Below, in pieces: positions 23,816 to 36,867 of a DNA stretch of 64,000 bases. This stretch comes from Vicugna vicugna. Its lineage: Eukaryota. Position 1 is the stretch's first letter, and the number at the start of each line of letters is the position of its first letter. The position numbers were made by a program, and so were the translations under genes. The notes beneath the pieces were generated by a model. The model saw only the letters and a list, made by a program, of their open reading frames with translations. It had not been told where the DNA came from and did no database searches. The stretch lies in contig MU061579.1 of assembly GCA_013265495.1 (NCBI GenBank), positions 3,035,319 to 3,099,318 of the forward strand, read 5' to 3'.

Positions 23816-25979
23816 CGCAGGGACCACTGGCCCTTCTTTTAATGCCAGTAAAGTGTGTTCATTTTAAATTATAATGGAAAGAAAATGGCAGAGGAAAAAG
23901 TCAAGGGAAATGTAAGTAATTAGAAGACTTTGACAATATACTGGAGATCAGGTGAAAAGTTAAAATACAGTGTCTGTAGAGATAGTCAAATTAGCCCTTT
24001 GGATGATAAAACCCAACCTCATTTCTAGACATAATGACTGAGACTAAGCAATGAATTTGTAGCTCTTTTTCTGGGGAAGAGGAGCAGGGAAGAAAATAGA
24101 AAATAAAAATCAACTGTACATCAAGAAAAAGAAAAGAAAAATAGAAAATAAAATAGCTTGAATAAGTCCAATAGGAAATTTTTGAGCATTAGCTCAATCA
24201 AATGAAGGATAAAGCTTGAAACTGGGTAAATCTGAAAGCCATCAAAAAGAAACACAAATATACATATAAGTTTATATCATTCCTTTATACTGTACTCTGA
24301 TATCTGTATGTTTGCAAGAATGACGGTTGCCATTTCCTTAAATCTCATGAATGACTTGGATATTTTAGTAAAACAATGAAAAGATTTAATTGAAGTAAAA
24401 GTATGTTGTAGCATTATTTCAATTCTTATAACAACTGTTTAACTCTAAAAATGAAATCCTATTTTATATGCCTGATAAGAAAGTGCAATCCATTACCATC
24501 CTCTTATGAATATGTTTTTAGTACAAATAGTTACCTTTAATACTTCCATTTTGTGTGTGTGTGTGTGTGAATCTGAACTCCTGTATATTGAAATTTCTTC
24601 CAAAGAAGATCTAGTTATATTGGAAGAAGAAAAGAGAAGAGTGTAACCAATTTTTAGATGTCCTTGAAACACTATAGTTGGCAAAAGCCCCATCCAAGTA
24701 TAAAATAAGCTTAGCTTCCAATTAAAATATTACAAGTTGGTACTAAATCTAACCAACAATTTGAAACCTTCAGTAACACAAAAGTTGTCACTGTTTTTTA
24801 AAAAGGTGGTAGACAATGCCTCACTAAAAAAGAAATTTTTGAAAGTGACTACCCTAAGAGCGAAAGGATTCAAAGATAGAAACAAAGAAGAAATAAAGAG
24901 TGCTGAATTAAAATGTGTTGTTAGCATCTTTCATTTATTTAATAATACATTAAAAGAAAGAGAAAAAAGACCTTAGATGTACTGAAACTTATGATTCCCT
25001 TAAGTGTATGATAATTATCCCCTAATTATGATGGCAGATTTTAAAGTAAAATAATGTTGGTTTAGAAAATTCCTTTCTTGTGACAAATATTACATTGTCA
25101 TATAATGTGACTTAAAGTTCTTCAAATGCTTCTGGCAGTCACTGAATTTCAGAAGTTTTTAATAATACTTCATGAGAAAAATCATATGAAGTGTCTTTCT
25201 CTACTTACCCAGATGATGTTATCTGTACCACCAGGATGTTCCCATCAGTAAAATTAATTAAATATCACTTCCTAACCATGACAATGCCCAAGACGGAAGT
25301 TGAGATTCTTCCATGACCACTAAGTTTCAGTATCCAATGTGGAGAGATTTATCATTCAAGAGATTTTTGATTTTCCCAAGTTCCTAAATATAATAGGTTT
25401 ATTCAGTGTTTTGGCAATTTTCTGCTAAAAAAAAAAAATACGTTCATAGTCAGTGGCCTTCAAACTCTATCTTCTTTTTCATGAAATATCTGGAATAATG
25501 GTTATAATCAACTATAAAAGGCAATACTAATTATAATGGGCGCATTTCATGATGAGGGTTTATTATTGATAGGGTAATCTTTAATCAGCGGGGGGATAAA
25601 GGTCACATTTCTGTTGTAATATGCATACATACATTTTCCTCGTCTCCATTTTCACCTTTTAAAGCGCATGTTTATCTTTTAATAGGAAAACTGTGCTGAC
25701 ATAGTTTGTCTGCACTGCTTCTGTATGTCTAGGAGTTACCGCAGTGACAATGGCACCTTCTGCCTAGAGGTGAGTCATTCACAGTGTTTTACACGTGGTG
25801 AACAGAGGGCACTGACTGCATGTGATTCTAATAAAGCATTTCTGTAAATAAAAATTGTCTTTATCCATATGTATCAAAAACAGTAGTCTCATTTTTTTTC
25901 CCTCTCTCTGGCAGTAAAACAGATCTAAGCATTTTAAAAGAATCAAAAAAATTTTTTTCGTAAAACTTAGTCAACATTG

Positions 25980-27050
25980 TGGGAGCACAATGAGGAGAAG
26001 GAAATCAAGAAATAAGCTTGAAATGAGGCAGGGACTGATCATACTGGAATTTCTAAATCATAGTAAAGAGTCTTGAGTCTATTTTAAATGTAATGAGGAC
26101 CTTTGATTGCATTAGAGCTTGGAATGGTATTATCTGACTTAAATCCTCAAGAGTTCGATCTGTCAGACACGTAGTAATTGGGTTAGGTAAAGACAGAAGG
26201 AAATGAAACCCGTAAGGAGACCATTTGACTAAACCATACAGGAAATGATGGTGTCTTCGCCTGGGAGGATGTCAGTGAAAGGACGAGACTCTTTCACAGC
26301 ATGAGCAGGATTTCTAGGCAGGTTAGGAAAAGAAGATGGGAACAAAGGAAAGGAAGAAATGAAGCGTACTGGTTATTGACCAGAGTGACTGGTGCGGACT
26401 GGTTTTACACAGTAAAGTAGGGAAAGTGCAAAGGCAGAGATTGAAAGCGATGGGTTACAAATCAAAATGTTATATGGATATACTGTACTGGACATGCTAT
26501 TAGAAACTCTTGTGAAGTATGTGGGAAGCAGGAGAATTTAGAAGCTTTCAAGTCTGTAATTCAGGGGGAGGTCCGACTAGGAGATAAAATAGCAGTCATT
26601 TCCATATCATTGATCAAAGGTAAAGCTTAATACACTGTGAAGTACCTTATAACTTAGTGTAAGAGCTTAGCCTTTTCCCCTGAGTGAGGAGAGAAGCCAT
26701 TACCAAGTTTCAAGCATAGAAGTAATGTGAGCTGAATTGTTTTTCACTCCTGTGTTGACAACTGAAGGGCAACAAATATGGAAGCTGGGAGACTAGCCAG
26801 GAGAAAAAGATGACAGCACTGATGGCTGACAGATGCAACATGGGCTTCTAAGAGACACAGAGGTGAAGAAGGGTACTCCAGCTGTGAGTCTAAGCCACCA
26901 ACAGGAACATAGTTATTTTATGAGAGGGAGAATGTTGCAGGAAGCACTCAATTTTGGACATGGTAAGTTTGAGAAAACAATTGGATATCTGGATAAAGTA
27001 TCAAAGAGACAGTACAATATGAACCTTAAATACAGACATGGTGGCCCTGG
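25980..27050 (-). mobile_element. L2 LINE fragments
   Basis: AATCATAGTAAAGAGTCTTGAGTCTATTTTAAATGTAATGAGGA, GGAAATGATGGTGTCTT, CTCAATTTTGGACATGGTAAGTTTGAGA. Several pieces; boundaries approximate. Confidence 0.65.
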
Positions 27051-27099
27051 CTTGTCTTTCTGGTTTGATTTCTTGACATTTTCTTATGTTGTACAAGAC

Positions 27100-27450
27100 A
27101 CATTGTGAACTGTTTTTTGCTTCCCTAAACATACCATGCTCTTTCTAATTGTTATACTTTTGCATATATAATTCCTTCTGTATAGACTGGCCTTCCCTGC
27201 CTACTCACTTTTTAAGAATTTTTACAGTATCAACCAGTTTATGAAGAGTTCTCTGAAATTTACAGGCAAAGTGTGTTCTCTCCTAATATTCTGTATTCAA
27301 ATGATGTTTTGGATGGTTATTAAAATATTTTGTTTGCATTCATTTCCTCAACTCGAGTTCCTCCAGAGAAAATATAACCCTACTTTACTTTCAGATCCCC
27401 AAATATGGAATTAGCTATAGAGTAAGCACTAAATAAATTATGAGGAAGGA
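27100..27450 (+). mobile_element. L2 3' end fragment
   Basis: TTCCCTAAACATACCATGCTCTTTC...TTTGCATAT..., ending ATAGAGTAAGCACTAAATAAAT. Confidence 0.55.
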
Positions 27451-29183
27451 AGGAAACAAGAGGAGGAGTTGTGCAGGAAAAGAAAGGAAGTAATTCTCAT
27501 TGAATACTTCAAATTCATTTGAATTAAATCAAATTTAAAAATGAATTTGTGATTTCATAATGTTTACTACAGGATTTTCATACTCTTGATTCTTTTATGA
27601 CTAGATATTGAATGCTAAGTGATGCTAAGTTTATGGTAATTTGTCAAAAACATCAATATATTTATGTGTGCGAGTGTATGTGTGTTTTGTGTATGTATAT
27701 GTGTATAAATCCTTGTCAACCTCTACTGCAAGAACTGTCTCATTCTAATCAGAAATTTACCCGCTTTCTGGGAAGTCGCCTAGCATTCAGTAAGAAAGCT
27801 CTCACTCCACAGGGCAGAATTGTAAATATTTTCACTGTCTTAACCATCAAAGCTTTGTTAAATTTACATTAAATTTTAGAAAATGGTTTTTATTTGTGAT
27901 ATCAGAAGCTTATTAATTGTCATACCAGATTTTAGAAATGGATGTTCATTGGTAAAATGATTGATATTCAGGGCATGTGGGTTGACTAAATCATTTTCAA
28001 GACAATTTTGACCCTTGTGTATACAGCACGCCTAAGGTTCTGGATCTCCAGGAATAGTGAAAGGAATTTATTCCAAAATGTGTCTAAATCCAGCTATTGA
28101 TTTATAGGATTCTAGTTACCTCGTTCTGTTAACTAAATCCTTCTTCCAGAGTATTATAGTGTTTGACACAAGTAAACTTTTCACATACAAAATATACACA
28201 TATATATAATGGGAGTATCTGAAACAACAGAAAGAGGGATTCATCATCTTATTGAACAATCTGTAAACCTTTTTCATAGCAAGTATTTGTTTAATACATG
28301 TTTTATACGAAGCAGAATTTATTTGATGAGATTTTGGGGAAAGTGACTAACTCCCACTCAACTATCACTTTGGCAATCACCATTATTAAGAATTGTCAAG
28401 ACCAAATTGGCTTGAGTCAGCCAGAAACACTGGGCATGTCTGAAAGTTCCTGAACAATGGCTCTATGTAATATGGTGCAGAAAAAGCAGAAAGAGAGATG
28501 ACAGAACTTGGAGACAAAGCACTTGACTGTTGCCGCCTCTGTTGATGAAGACAAGTGTGCTTGCCAGAGTTCTTTTACAAATGTGCTGAGGTGTTCCATA
28601 GCAGGCAACAAAACTTTCATAAGGTTAGGCAAGATAGAAAACCCTTCAACATAATGAAAATTAATCTCTTCTCTCTGACGAAGCTCACAATATCCCCACT
28701 TCTCTCTCAACAGACCATAAAGAAAAAAAAAAGTGTTCAAAGAAACACAGGCTTGAGCATTCAAAGATTACTTACCCCTAATCTACATCTTGCCTTTCTC
28801 GTATCTTCTCTCAAATGTAAAGTCATTGTCGTCTATAAAATTAAACGTATTTATTCCGGTTTTTTATTGGATGTAAACTGGTCTCTGAAAGAAATTGCAA
28901 ACTCCTCCAGGTCAGGGGCTAGGGAACTGGAAGGCACTTGACAAGAAAGTGAAATTAGAGAATATGGCAATGATTGATCCTCCCCTCTCTCAAGGCCTGT
29001 AGAAAGGGGATCATTTCAGAAAAAAAAGTCCCTTGGTGCCCCAAGGAAGCCCTGTCTCACGTAAGGTTTCCCTATTTGCATACGCCAGGTGCTCTGAGAT
29101 GCAGCCTGTTCCTGGATTTGCTGGCATCCCTCTTTCTACTGCAGCTCAGCAGACTTCAGGTCACAGTTCCGTCAGCACTGAAA

Positions 29184-29625
29184 TGAAGCAGGACCCTATG
29201 GGGCCTTCCCAGGACAGATCCTCCCCAGCCCTCATGTCCCCTGTCTGCCTTTCGTCTGTAGAGAAACTTTAGCCAAAGAATAAACTTAATCATAGAAGTG
29301 AGAAGATGCAGACGCAAAGAAAAGCAGTCAAACAGGACAAAATAATAATAGTTGAGTCACTAAACAAAGTCAGAGGCCTTTAGTTCCTCTCAAGGGCTGT
29401 AGATAACATTCTGAGCCTTATCCTTTGAGCTGTTTGGTAGAGACGGAAACTCCCACCAGGTGGTGGAAGTTAACTACGTGATGACCAGACTGTAGCCAGA
29501 ACGTAAGCTGTCACAATTCTGAGAAGTGGCCTCAAAGCGATGGGAGCAAACCAACCCTGGGACTTAAGATTAACTGTCTTTAAAGCAGTCAGGATGATGC
29601 TGATCAGACCACTACATGACCAGAT
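29184..29625 (+). mobile_element. 3'-truncated ERV1-type LTR (family name uncertain)
   Basis: Starts TGAAGCAGGACCCTATGGGGCCTTCC; LTR U3-like composition; stops abruptly with no TATA, poly(A) signal or CA terminus. Confidence 0.65.
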
Positions 29626-29796
29626 TCCTCCATGAAGCCTCCAGAAAAAAATTCATGCTTGCTGACACCTCGATTTTAGCCTGGTGAGACCTGTCTTGGA
29701 TTTCTTACATACAGAACTATAAGAGAATAAATGTGTGCTGATTTACGTGATTAAGTTTGTGGTAATTTGTTACAGCAAGTAACAGAAATATCATAA
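29626..29796 (+). mobile_element. MLT1D-like MaLR LTR, 3' part
   Basis: AGCCTCCAGAA...TGCTGACACCTCGATTTTAGCC...CAGAACTATAAGAGAATAAAT...TAAGTTTGTGGTAATTTGTTACAGCA. Confidence 0.85.
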
Positions 29797-30249
29797 AATT
29801 GTCTAGCACAATGTGAAAAACTAGTAATTATTTATGGAACGAGTGAGTGAATGAATCTATCATACAACTATGTAGAATTTTTCAGTATTAGAAAGCACAA
29901 ATGTCTAGTGCACTGAAAAGTTTTTATTGCAATTATTTAGTGCATTTTATGTAATTGTATTTAATCTGTATTTATTGTAGTTATCCAACACTTTAATTAT
30001 AATTTTATTTAATCATATTTTCTCTTTTAATCTTCACTCAAAATTCTATTGTATTTTGGTTTGACTACTAGAAATCAGTTCTTCCAAGCACAGAACAAGT
30101 CTTGCGTGTATTCTTGAAAACATATTCTTATCTCTCTACCAGGACACAATACTGGACACATCAAAAGGAATCACTAGGCGCTCATTGTCAGGTGGATTAA
30201 AAATCATATTTAAATGTCATAGTCATTTCAATCACTCTGTCTGTGAAAT

Positions 30250-32135
30250 CAACTCCTTGGGCTCTCTAAAACTTTACTATACTTCTATGGCCAAACCTCA
30301 ACCCTGTTTAAATCCAGCTCTTCATTAAACTCCCTGCTCTGTGTATACAATTGGTCTCACTCAATGTTCATGTTCATTTATCTCAGACTCTTACCATTGC
30401 CTAGTAAGCATACGCCTGTTCGTTAGTGAATTCACTCTCTCAGTCTCTTAAAGATCTATTTCATGATCTCTCTCCTCTCCCCAACTATTCACCAGCTCAT
30501 CCCCCTTCTTCACTCTCACCTGGTGGCTGTCCATCCTACTTTAATGAGAAAACTAAAACAAATAGAAACAAACAAACAAACACGCTCCACCTACATACAC
30601 TTGTGCCCACATACCTACGTGAATGCTCTTCTCTTCTTATGGATGAAAATCTAGCTAAGCCCAAACTCTCAGTTTGAACTGTTAAAAGATAAACTGAGGC
30701 TTATTACACATACTAAGAATTTGAGAAAAAATCTGTTTGCACCGGGCAGCATCCAATCTAGCAGATAGAAAGGAGCTCTAAGGAGCTATACGAAATGAAA
30801 GACTTACACAGGCAGAAGGGAGAAGGAATAAGGAAGCTATACTAAGCAAAAAGCAGGCTGGTTATCACAAGTTCACTGTCTTTTAGGGGTTGGAAGGGGT
30901 CATTCAAGCAGAGCACTTAACTAGTGCTGAGTAGGCAATTCTTAACTAACTGGCTTAAGATTTCATTCCTGGGACAGCAGAAACTGTAGTCTCTTTATTG
31001 GTGACCTGGGGCTTAGCATAAGCAACTCCATTTTTAGGCTGTTTGTTGTTGTCTTGTTTTTAACTAACACTAACTAGACCCCATCACCTCTCGGTGCCTC
31101 AGAATTTTTGCACCAACAATTCTCTCCCACTTCCCTCTGCATTATTAACTTTCCTTTCTGAAGAGTATATATGTTAGCTTACTCAGTTCATCTATTTAAA
31201 TGCCTAATAGCATTTCACATTTAATGATTCCAAAACTGAGTTCCTCAACTTTGATTCCAGTCCTGTACCCTGCTCGCAGTTAATGGCACTTTCATTCTTT
31301 CTAATGAGCAGGTTACAAACCCTTGTCTCTTTTTATCTCTCACTCTCAATTTAAGCAATCCAAAACCTTGTTTTGCTCTAACTTCCAACTATGTACAGAA
31401 TTTGATTAACTTGATTCATGTGACCGTCATCCTTTGCCTTGATTCTCGCATTAGCCTCCAAACTCTTCTGGTTTCTTTTCTTGCTTCTTTACTGTATATG
31501 AACTAGATTACCCAATACTGCAGTTGTAATGATCTTAACATTTATTTAGATTATGCTAAAAGTTCACTCAAAGTCTTGCATCTTTTTCAAATTTCATTTA
31601 GCAAAAATATAAAACCCCCAAAGCCTAACAACATCTGCCCCTTTACCCTCATTTTTCAACTTTCTGAGCTCACCTCTTTTCTCTCCTTCATTTACCTCCT
31701 TTCCCCATCTGCTTTGTTGTTCCTTAAAAAACGTCCATCATGCACCCACCTGGGGTCTTTGCAGTTGCAGTGTCCCCTATATGCAGTGTTCCTAGTCTGC
31801 TTCTCACTTCCTACAGGTCACAAATATCAAGCCAACTTTTCCACAACATCCTTTTCATAACTGACACTAACCCCTGATACACTCTGTTCCTTTTTTTTGC
31901 TTTAATATTTATTTATTTTTCTCCTCCTTCAGTATCTCTACCTAACTTACTAAACATTGTATTTGACTTGTTTGTCATCTGCGTTCTCTGCCTCCCCACC
32001 CCCCACCTCCGCCCTGATTACAGTAAAAGCTCTTGGATGGCAGGGAGTATTTTGTTGTGGTTGCTCTTTTTTGTTGACCCCTGACATTAAATCTTTGGTT
32101 CTCAATAAATCTTGGATGAAAAAAAAAATGAATAA
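30250..32135 (+). mobile_element. L2 LINE, interrupted by the LTR at 30680-31070
   Basis: CAAACCTCAACCCTGTTTAAATCCA, CCTACTTTAATGAGAAAA, TCCAAAACTGAGTTCCT; 3' end AAGCTCTTGGATGGCAGGGA...CTCAATAAAT...ATGAATAA. Confidence 0.7.
30680..31070 (-). mobile_element. ERV1 solo LTR (MER57/LTR54-like group)
   Basis: TGTTAAAAGATAAACTGAGGC...GGGGCTTAGCATAAGCAACTCCATTTT...TTTTAAC; inverted termini TGTTAAAA/TTTTAAC; flanks GAAC/TAAC. Confidence 0.75.
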
Positions 32136-32204
32136 CTCACCATAAAGAAAAATGGCATATGAACTTTCTTAAACATTTCCCATTATTTAGTTAACAAAAG
32201 GCAC

Positions 32205-32390
32205 TGGAATGAAGAATACAGCCTAGCTCTTTCATGACATCAAAGACATGACTAGATCTAGTATTTCAAAGCGGAAGCTGAACTTCTCTTAGTCTTTAGG
32301 ATCTTCACATTTAAAATGGGGAATATTATATCTTTCCACCATTCTTTGAATACAATTCATGGAGAGGAAAATATTTTACTACCATAAAGC
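32205..32390 (+). mobile_element. MIR SINE, degenerate
   Basis: AACTTCTCTTAGTCTTTAGGATCTTCACATTTAAAATGGGGAATA core-like segment. Confidence 0.5.
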
Positions 32391-34579
32391 ATATAAAAAA
32401 ACTTAAAAGGTATTACTTATTTAAACTTCTTGACAACCCCATCAATTTATTGCTCAGCTATTTTAGTTTGAAGCCAAAAAAGAAAACCCCACAAATCAAA
32501 ACAGAGAGAATAATTTTTAATGATGCTACATTTGGAATATTTATATGAAAGACACTGGGAAGAGCTCTTTACACTTAACATAAGAGACAGGTACATTTCT
32601 GGTACCAGGTAGTGGCAGAGCGATGTTGGAAACCTGGTATCTTCAATGGAGCAGTCAGGGTACCTCTCTACTAAGCCTGGCCCTCCACAAGCGGGGGGAG
32701 CTGAAAGACAAAGATGAGATATTTCCTTTACAGTTAATCTGTGAAAGGTCTCCCTGGCTCTCAAATTTTTTTTTTAGTTAAATTCTCTTCTCCATATAAT
32801 TGAGGTTTTCAGAAACAATCTAACTGCCAAGCACCATGTTGCAAAGTAACTGTGGTTGCAAAATCAGACTTTGTCCTACTTGCTAAAGCAAAGTTGGCAA
32901 AGTAAACTCAGAAGGGCCTTTCACACAGCATTTGCCCCTTATCCCTTTTCTCATCACACATGCTTTCATATCAGTTTCCTTCACAAATCTGGGAAAACTT
33001 CAGAACAGGGGCTGAATCTTTTTCATTCTTGTTTTTCAGTATTTGGAAAAATGCCTAGAACATAATAGGCATGGATTCATGCGTTCTGAAGGGATGGACA
33101 AGTGTCCCATGCACCTGGGTTATACGCATCACAATTTCAGGAGGCCAAATAGAGCTGAATATCCATATATTAATATCCTATAATTTCATATATTCCTTAA
33201 AAACTCCACCACAAGATTTTTACTTCCCACTTTTTTCTTTTTACAAAGTACACTAACTTCTGTAGGTAAAGCAAAAAACAAAAAACAAACAAACAAAAAA
33301 AACTGGACTTTGTTCTTTAATAATGTAAATATCTTAATGCTCTCTGCAAATAAAGTATAATTATAATGAGTGGCACTTCGTGCAAATATGATGCTTGAAC
33401 CAGAAGGACATTCATTTTCCCATATGGGATAAGTGCAAATGTAAATACTATTTTGGAATAAAGCTACAAATTCTACACATATTTATATGTCCAGATAATC
33501 ATTATAAACAGTAACAAAGGGAAAGAATTGTACTTGGTGATAAGACAAATGTGTGATCCTTATGGAAGAAACAATTTTTGAGAGAGAATGAAATTAAACA
33601 AGAATTTGAATATCTATAAAGCATGTTGAGAGTTTTGGTCTGAGATACCTCCCATTTGCTGAATAGTATTGATACACATCGACTTTTTCAATGTGTATCT
33701 TAAGAAGCAGGTTTTCAATCCTTGTAAAACTGACAGATATGTACAATTATCTCGCAAGTAAACAGACTCAAGGAATTTTTTTTTTTTCCCTTTTAGGGTT
33801 GTATCCTGCTCTAGTGTGATGAAGACAAGATTTGAGTCCTTGCTTATTCAACTCTAACCAAACTAAACCATTATAACATGCTGCCTGCTCAAAATGTAGT
33901 GTGTGCTTACAAGGGAGCAATCAATTCCAATCTGTCTCCCTGTGTCCATCTGTCTGCCTGTCTGTCTGTCTCTCCTTTCTCACTCTCTTTCTCTCTGTCT
34001 CACACACACACAGACATACACCAAACACACAATCTCATGAAGATATAATTACTTAAACAGATGACGAAATAAAGGATAAACTAGGCTAACTGTTCAGCAC
34101 CATTTTGATAGTAATAGAGAAGGGGTTATCATTCAAATTTGTCTTATTCATAATCCTGTGCATTTAATCACAATATATTAAAATATCATATAAATTTCTT
34201 TCATTTAAAAACTCCCTAAAAAATATGCTCCTGCTTACCTTTCATAGCTCTGGGCATTCTAAGATTATTGTGTTCTTTTCAATCTTATTTTAGTCGAGTG
34301 CTACATTAAATTATATGAATGTTCAATTCCAATTTTTTCATATGACCAGAAAAGAAATTGTTATTGAAGCAATGCAATTCTATCGTTGTAAGTTGTGAGA
34401 GAAAAATATACATTTAATATGTTGAATATGTGTAGAAATCTTAGTTCTCATGAAAATATTGGTTGTCAAATTGTCAATCAGGTCATCAGACTGGGATTAA
34501 AGGAAGTTCATAATATTGATATGCATGTTGTAAGGGTCATAATAAATTACATTTCAAAGTAAGAATTAGCAGTGAATTA

Positions 34580-34790
34580 GGAAAGAGAACTCTAAACTTA
34601 AAAACAATTTACTCACATTCAAGTTTCACTTCTGTCGTTTACTAGGTCTCTGAATTTTCAGAATGCAGTTTTCTTTTTTCTCGAGATTTCGTGTGTTTAT
34701 TTGCTTTTTTAAAGTTTATCTGCTTGTTTTTCATCTATAAAATGAAAGTCTAGGGCCGGTGATCTCTATGTTCCTTCTTTCCTACAGTCC
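34580..34790 (+). mobile_element. MIR/MIR3 SINE, degenerate
   Basis: TTCAAGTTTCACTTCTGTCGTTTACTAG...GTTTTTCATCTATAAAATGA...GATCTCTATGTTCCTTC. Confidence 0.5.
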
Positions 34791-36221
34791 CTGATATCCA
34801 ATGGTGTATTGAAAACATTCTGCTAGGTCAATATTAGTAAAGCAGAATGAATATAAATGTTCAGCTCATTCTCATGCACACTTTGGAAATTATGAGTAAT
34901 GAATACTAAACTCACATTTCTTATTTATGTATTTCTTGATCTCATTTTGAGGGTATTCCCTTTGCAGCAGCCTCTGGGCACATTTACAGGATTTAATAAG
35001 AAGAGACGTTATCCACAATCTTAATTGTATAGCAGAATGATAAATTCACAGACGAAAAGCTTGTCTTGTAAATGTAATTTCCTCTAAGCTTGTTAGGAAG
35101 AATATACCAGGGAACATAACAACTCCCATCTCAAGTCATTGTATTCCATGAACTTTTCAATTCCCATGTCAACTAGTATTAATATGTTTAAAGGCACATT
35201 GCCTAGTTTAGAAGAAGAGAGATGATATATATTTTAGTTTGATTTAAGATACTTCCGTGTGGTTTATATCCACCATAGACCTATTTGAGCTATCTCTAAT
35301 AAATGTATTTTAATAAATTGGGCTTAGATAATGTCTGATTGCCACTAGGATTTGCCTTCCTAAGGTCATGATAGATAATTCAATTTCCTATCACTTAGTG
35401 GAATTGCCTTGTCCCATTACTTGGTTTACTGCAGATGGGAAAATAAAAAAAAAAACAAAAACAAAAACAAATAATATAATTGCTTCCTAATCTCGGTATA
35501 GAGAATTATATTTTAATTATGCTTTAAATTATTGTTATCCATACATTTCATAGGAGATTTTCATGTTGCAATCATCTCCTAGCCAATCTCTTTGCACAAT
35601 AATATATCAACAAAAGTGCAAAATCAAACAAATTTTTATTAATAACGTCATTGTTCTACGTACTTGTAGAATTCCAGAAAAGGCAATGACGGTAAGACAA
35701 TACCCATATAAGGACAGAGCGAGGATAAAGGGCGTTTACCATGGGAAGGGTGGCATGCTGTTTTTATAGACACAGTTTCATTTAATTTTTACCAAAACCT
35801 CATGCACTGAATCAATTATATTCCTTTCATGGAATAAGAAACTAATATCTGAAAACTTAAGGGTTTTTTTTTTCCAAAAATTGGTTGTTTATTGTTTCTA
35901 CCTTGATAATAGGGATATATTCATCTGAAGATAATTTTAGGGCAACGTTTTACCTAACTTACTAGGCAGGGATAATTTATTTCCTTGTATCACCTATTAT
36001 ATTACTAAATATTGCTAAATTTCATTTTAATGAAAAAGTAAATGCAAAGTTTCATTTTATTTAGCAAGACTGAAGAGAAAACTAAGACATAAATTCACGT
36101 GAGACCTTTGGTATTGTTTCAAAACAATTCCTCCAGCTATCAACCCAAGACTAAATGTCAAAAGCTGGTTAGCTGTGAAAGAGGCTAACTGACACTCAGT
36201 ACTGACTGGCACTTTAACATT

Positions 36222-36727
36222 TGTGGCCAATGCCACAAATTATTTCCTATGTCTTCTAAGAGAGCTCAAGTCCATGTCCTCTCCCTTTGAATCTGGGTTT
36301 TGTGACTTCTTGCCCAGTGAAAGTGATGTTCCGTTAGTTTCTGGACCTAGATCTCGAGACTGGCCATTCTTACTTCCTTGTCTTAGAACACTTGCTCTTG
36401 AATATCTGAGCCATTATTTAAAATTCCAGTTGCCCTGCTGAAGGGACCTTTTGAGAAGCCCTGAGACATAAGAGGAAGAGGCACCTGACTGATCCCATCC
36501 CCTTTCCATCTCTGCAAAGAACAAGGCAATGGTGTGAATGTCATAGCACCAGAGCAGCTCAGTCTTCAGCCACGTAACACAATGACCCCAATGTGACGTG
36601 GAACAGAATCACCCCACTGAGTTCTGCCCAAATTCCTGGCTCCCCCAAATCCAAGCTAAAATTAAATAGTTGTTTTAAACCACTAAGTTTTGGGCAGTTT
36701 GTTAAGCAGGTAGAGATCAAAAGAACA
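36222..36727 (+). mobile_element. MLT1F/G/H-like MaLR solo LTR
   Basis: TGTGG start; ATGGCCACAAAT-like motif, CCCTTTGAATCTGGG, CCCAAATTCCTG, TTGTTTTAAACCACTAAGTTTTGGG...AGAACA end. Confidence 0.8.
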
Positions 36728-36742
36728 GACACCAGAGACCAT

Positions 36743-36867
36743 GTGTGCATGCCTAGCATGCAGAAGGTCCTGGGTTCAATCCCCAGTACCTCTACCAGAA
36801 GTAATAAATAAATAGACAAACCCAATTACCTCACCCACAAAAAAATTAAGAACTAAAAAAAAAAAAA
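36743..36867 (+). mobile_element. 5'-truncated tRNA-derived SINE, camelid-like
   Basis: GTGCATGCCTAGCATGCAGAAGGTCCTGGGTTCAATCCCCAGTACCTC (B-box GGTTCAATCCC), then AATAAATAAA...CCCAATTACCTC and an A-rich tail. The A-box region is missing. Confidence 0.85.

Noticed and set aside
27510..27549. 11-bp inverted repeat CAAATTCATTT/AAATGAATTTG; also the palindrome TTGAATATATTCAA at 21309-21322
   Set aside because: Short and very AT-rich, so compatible with chance.
34093..34111. RE1/NRSE-like TTCAGCACC
   Set aside because: Only the left half-site is present; the GGACAG right half is not at canonical spacing.
36743..36790. tRNA gene (B-box GGTTCAATCCC)
   Set aside because: It has no A-box or cloverleaf and is followed by a SINE body and A-tail.
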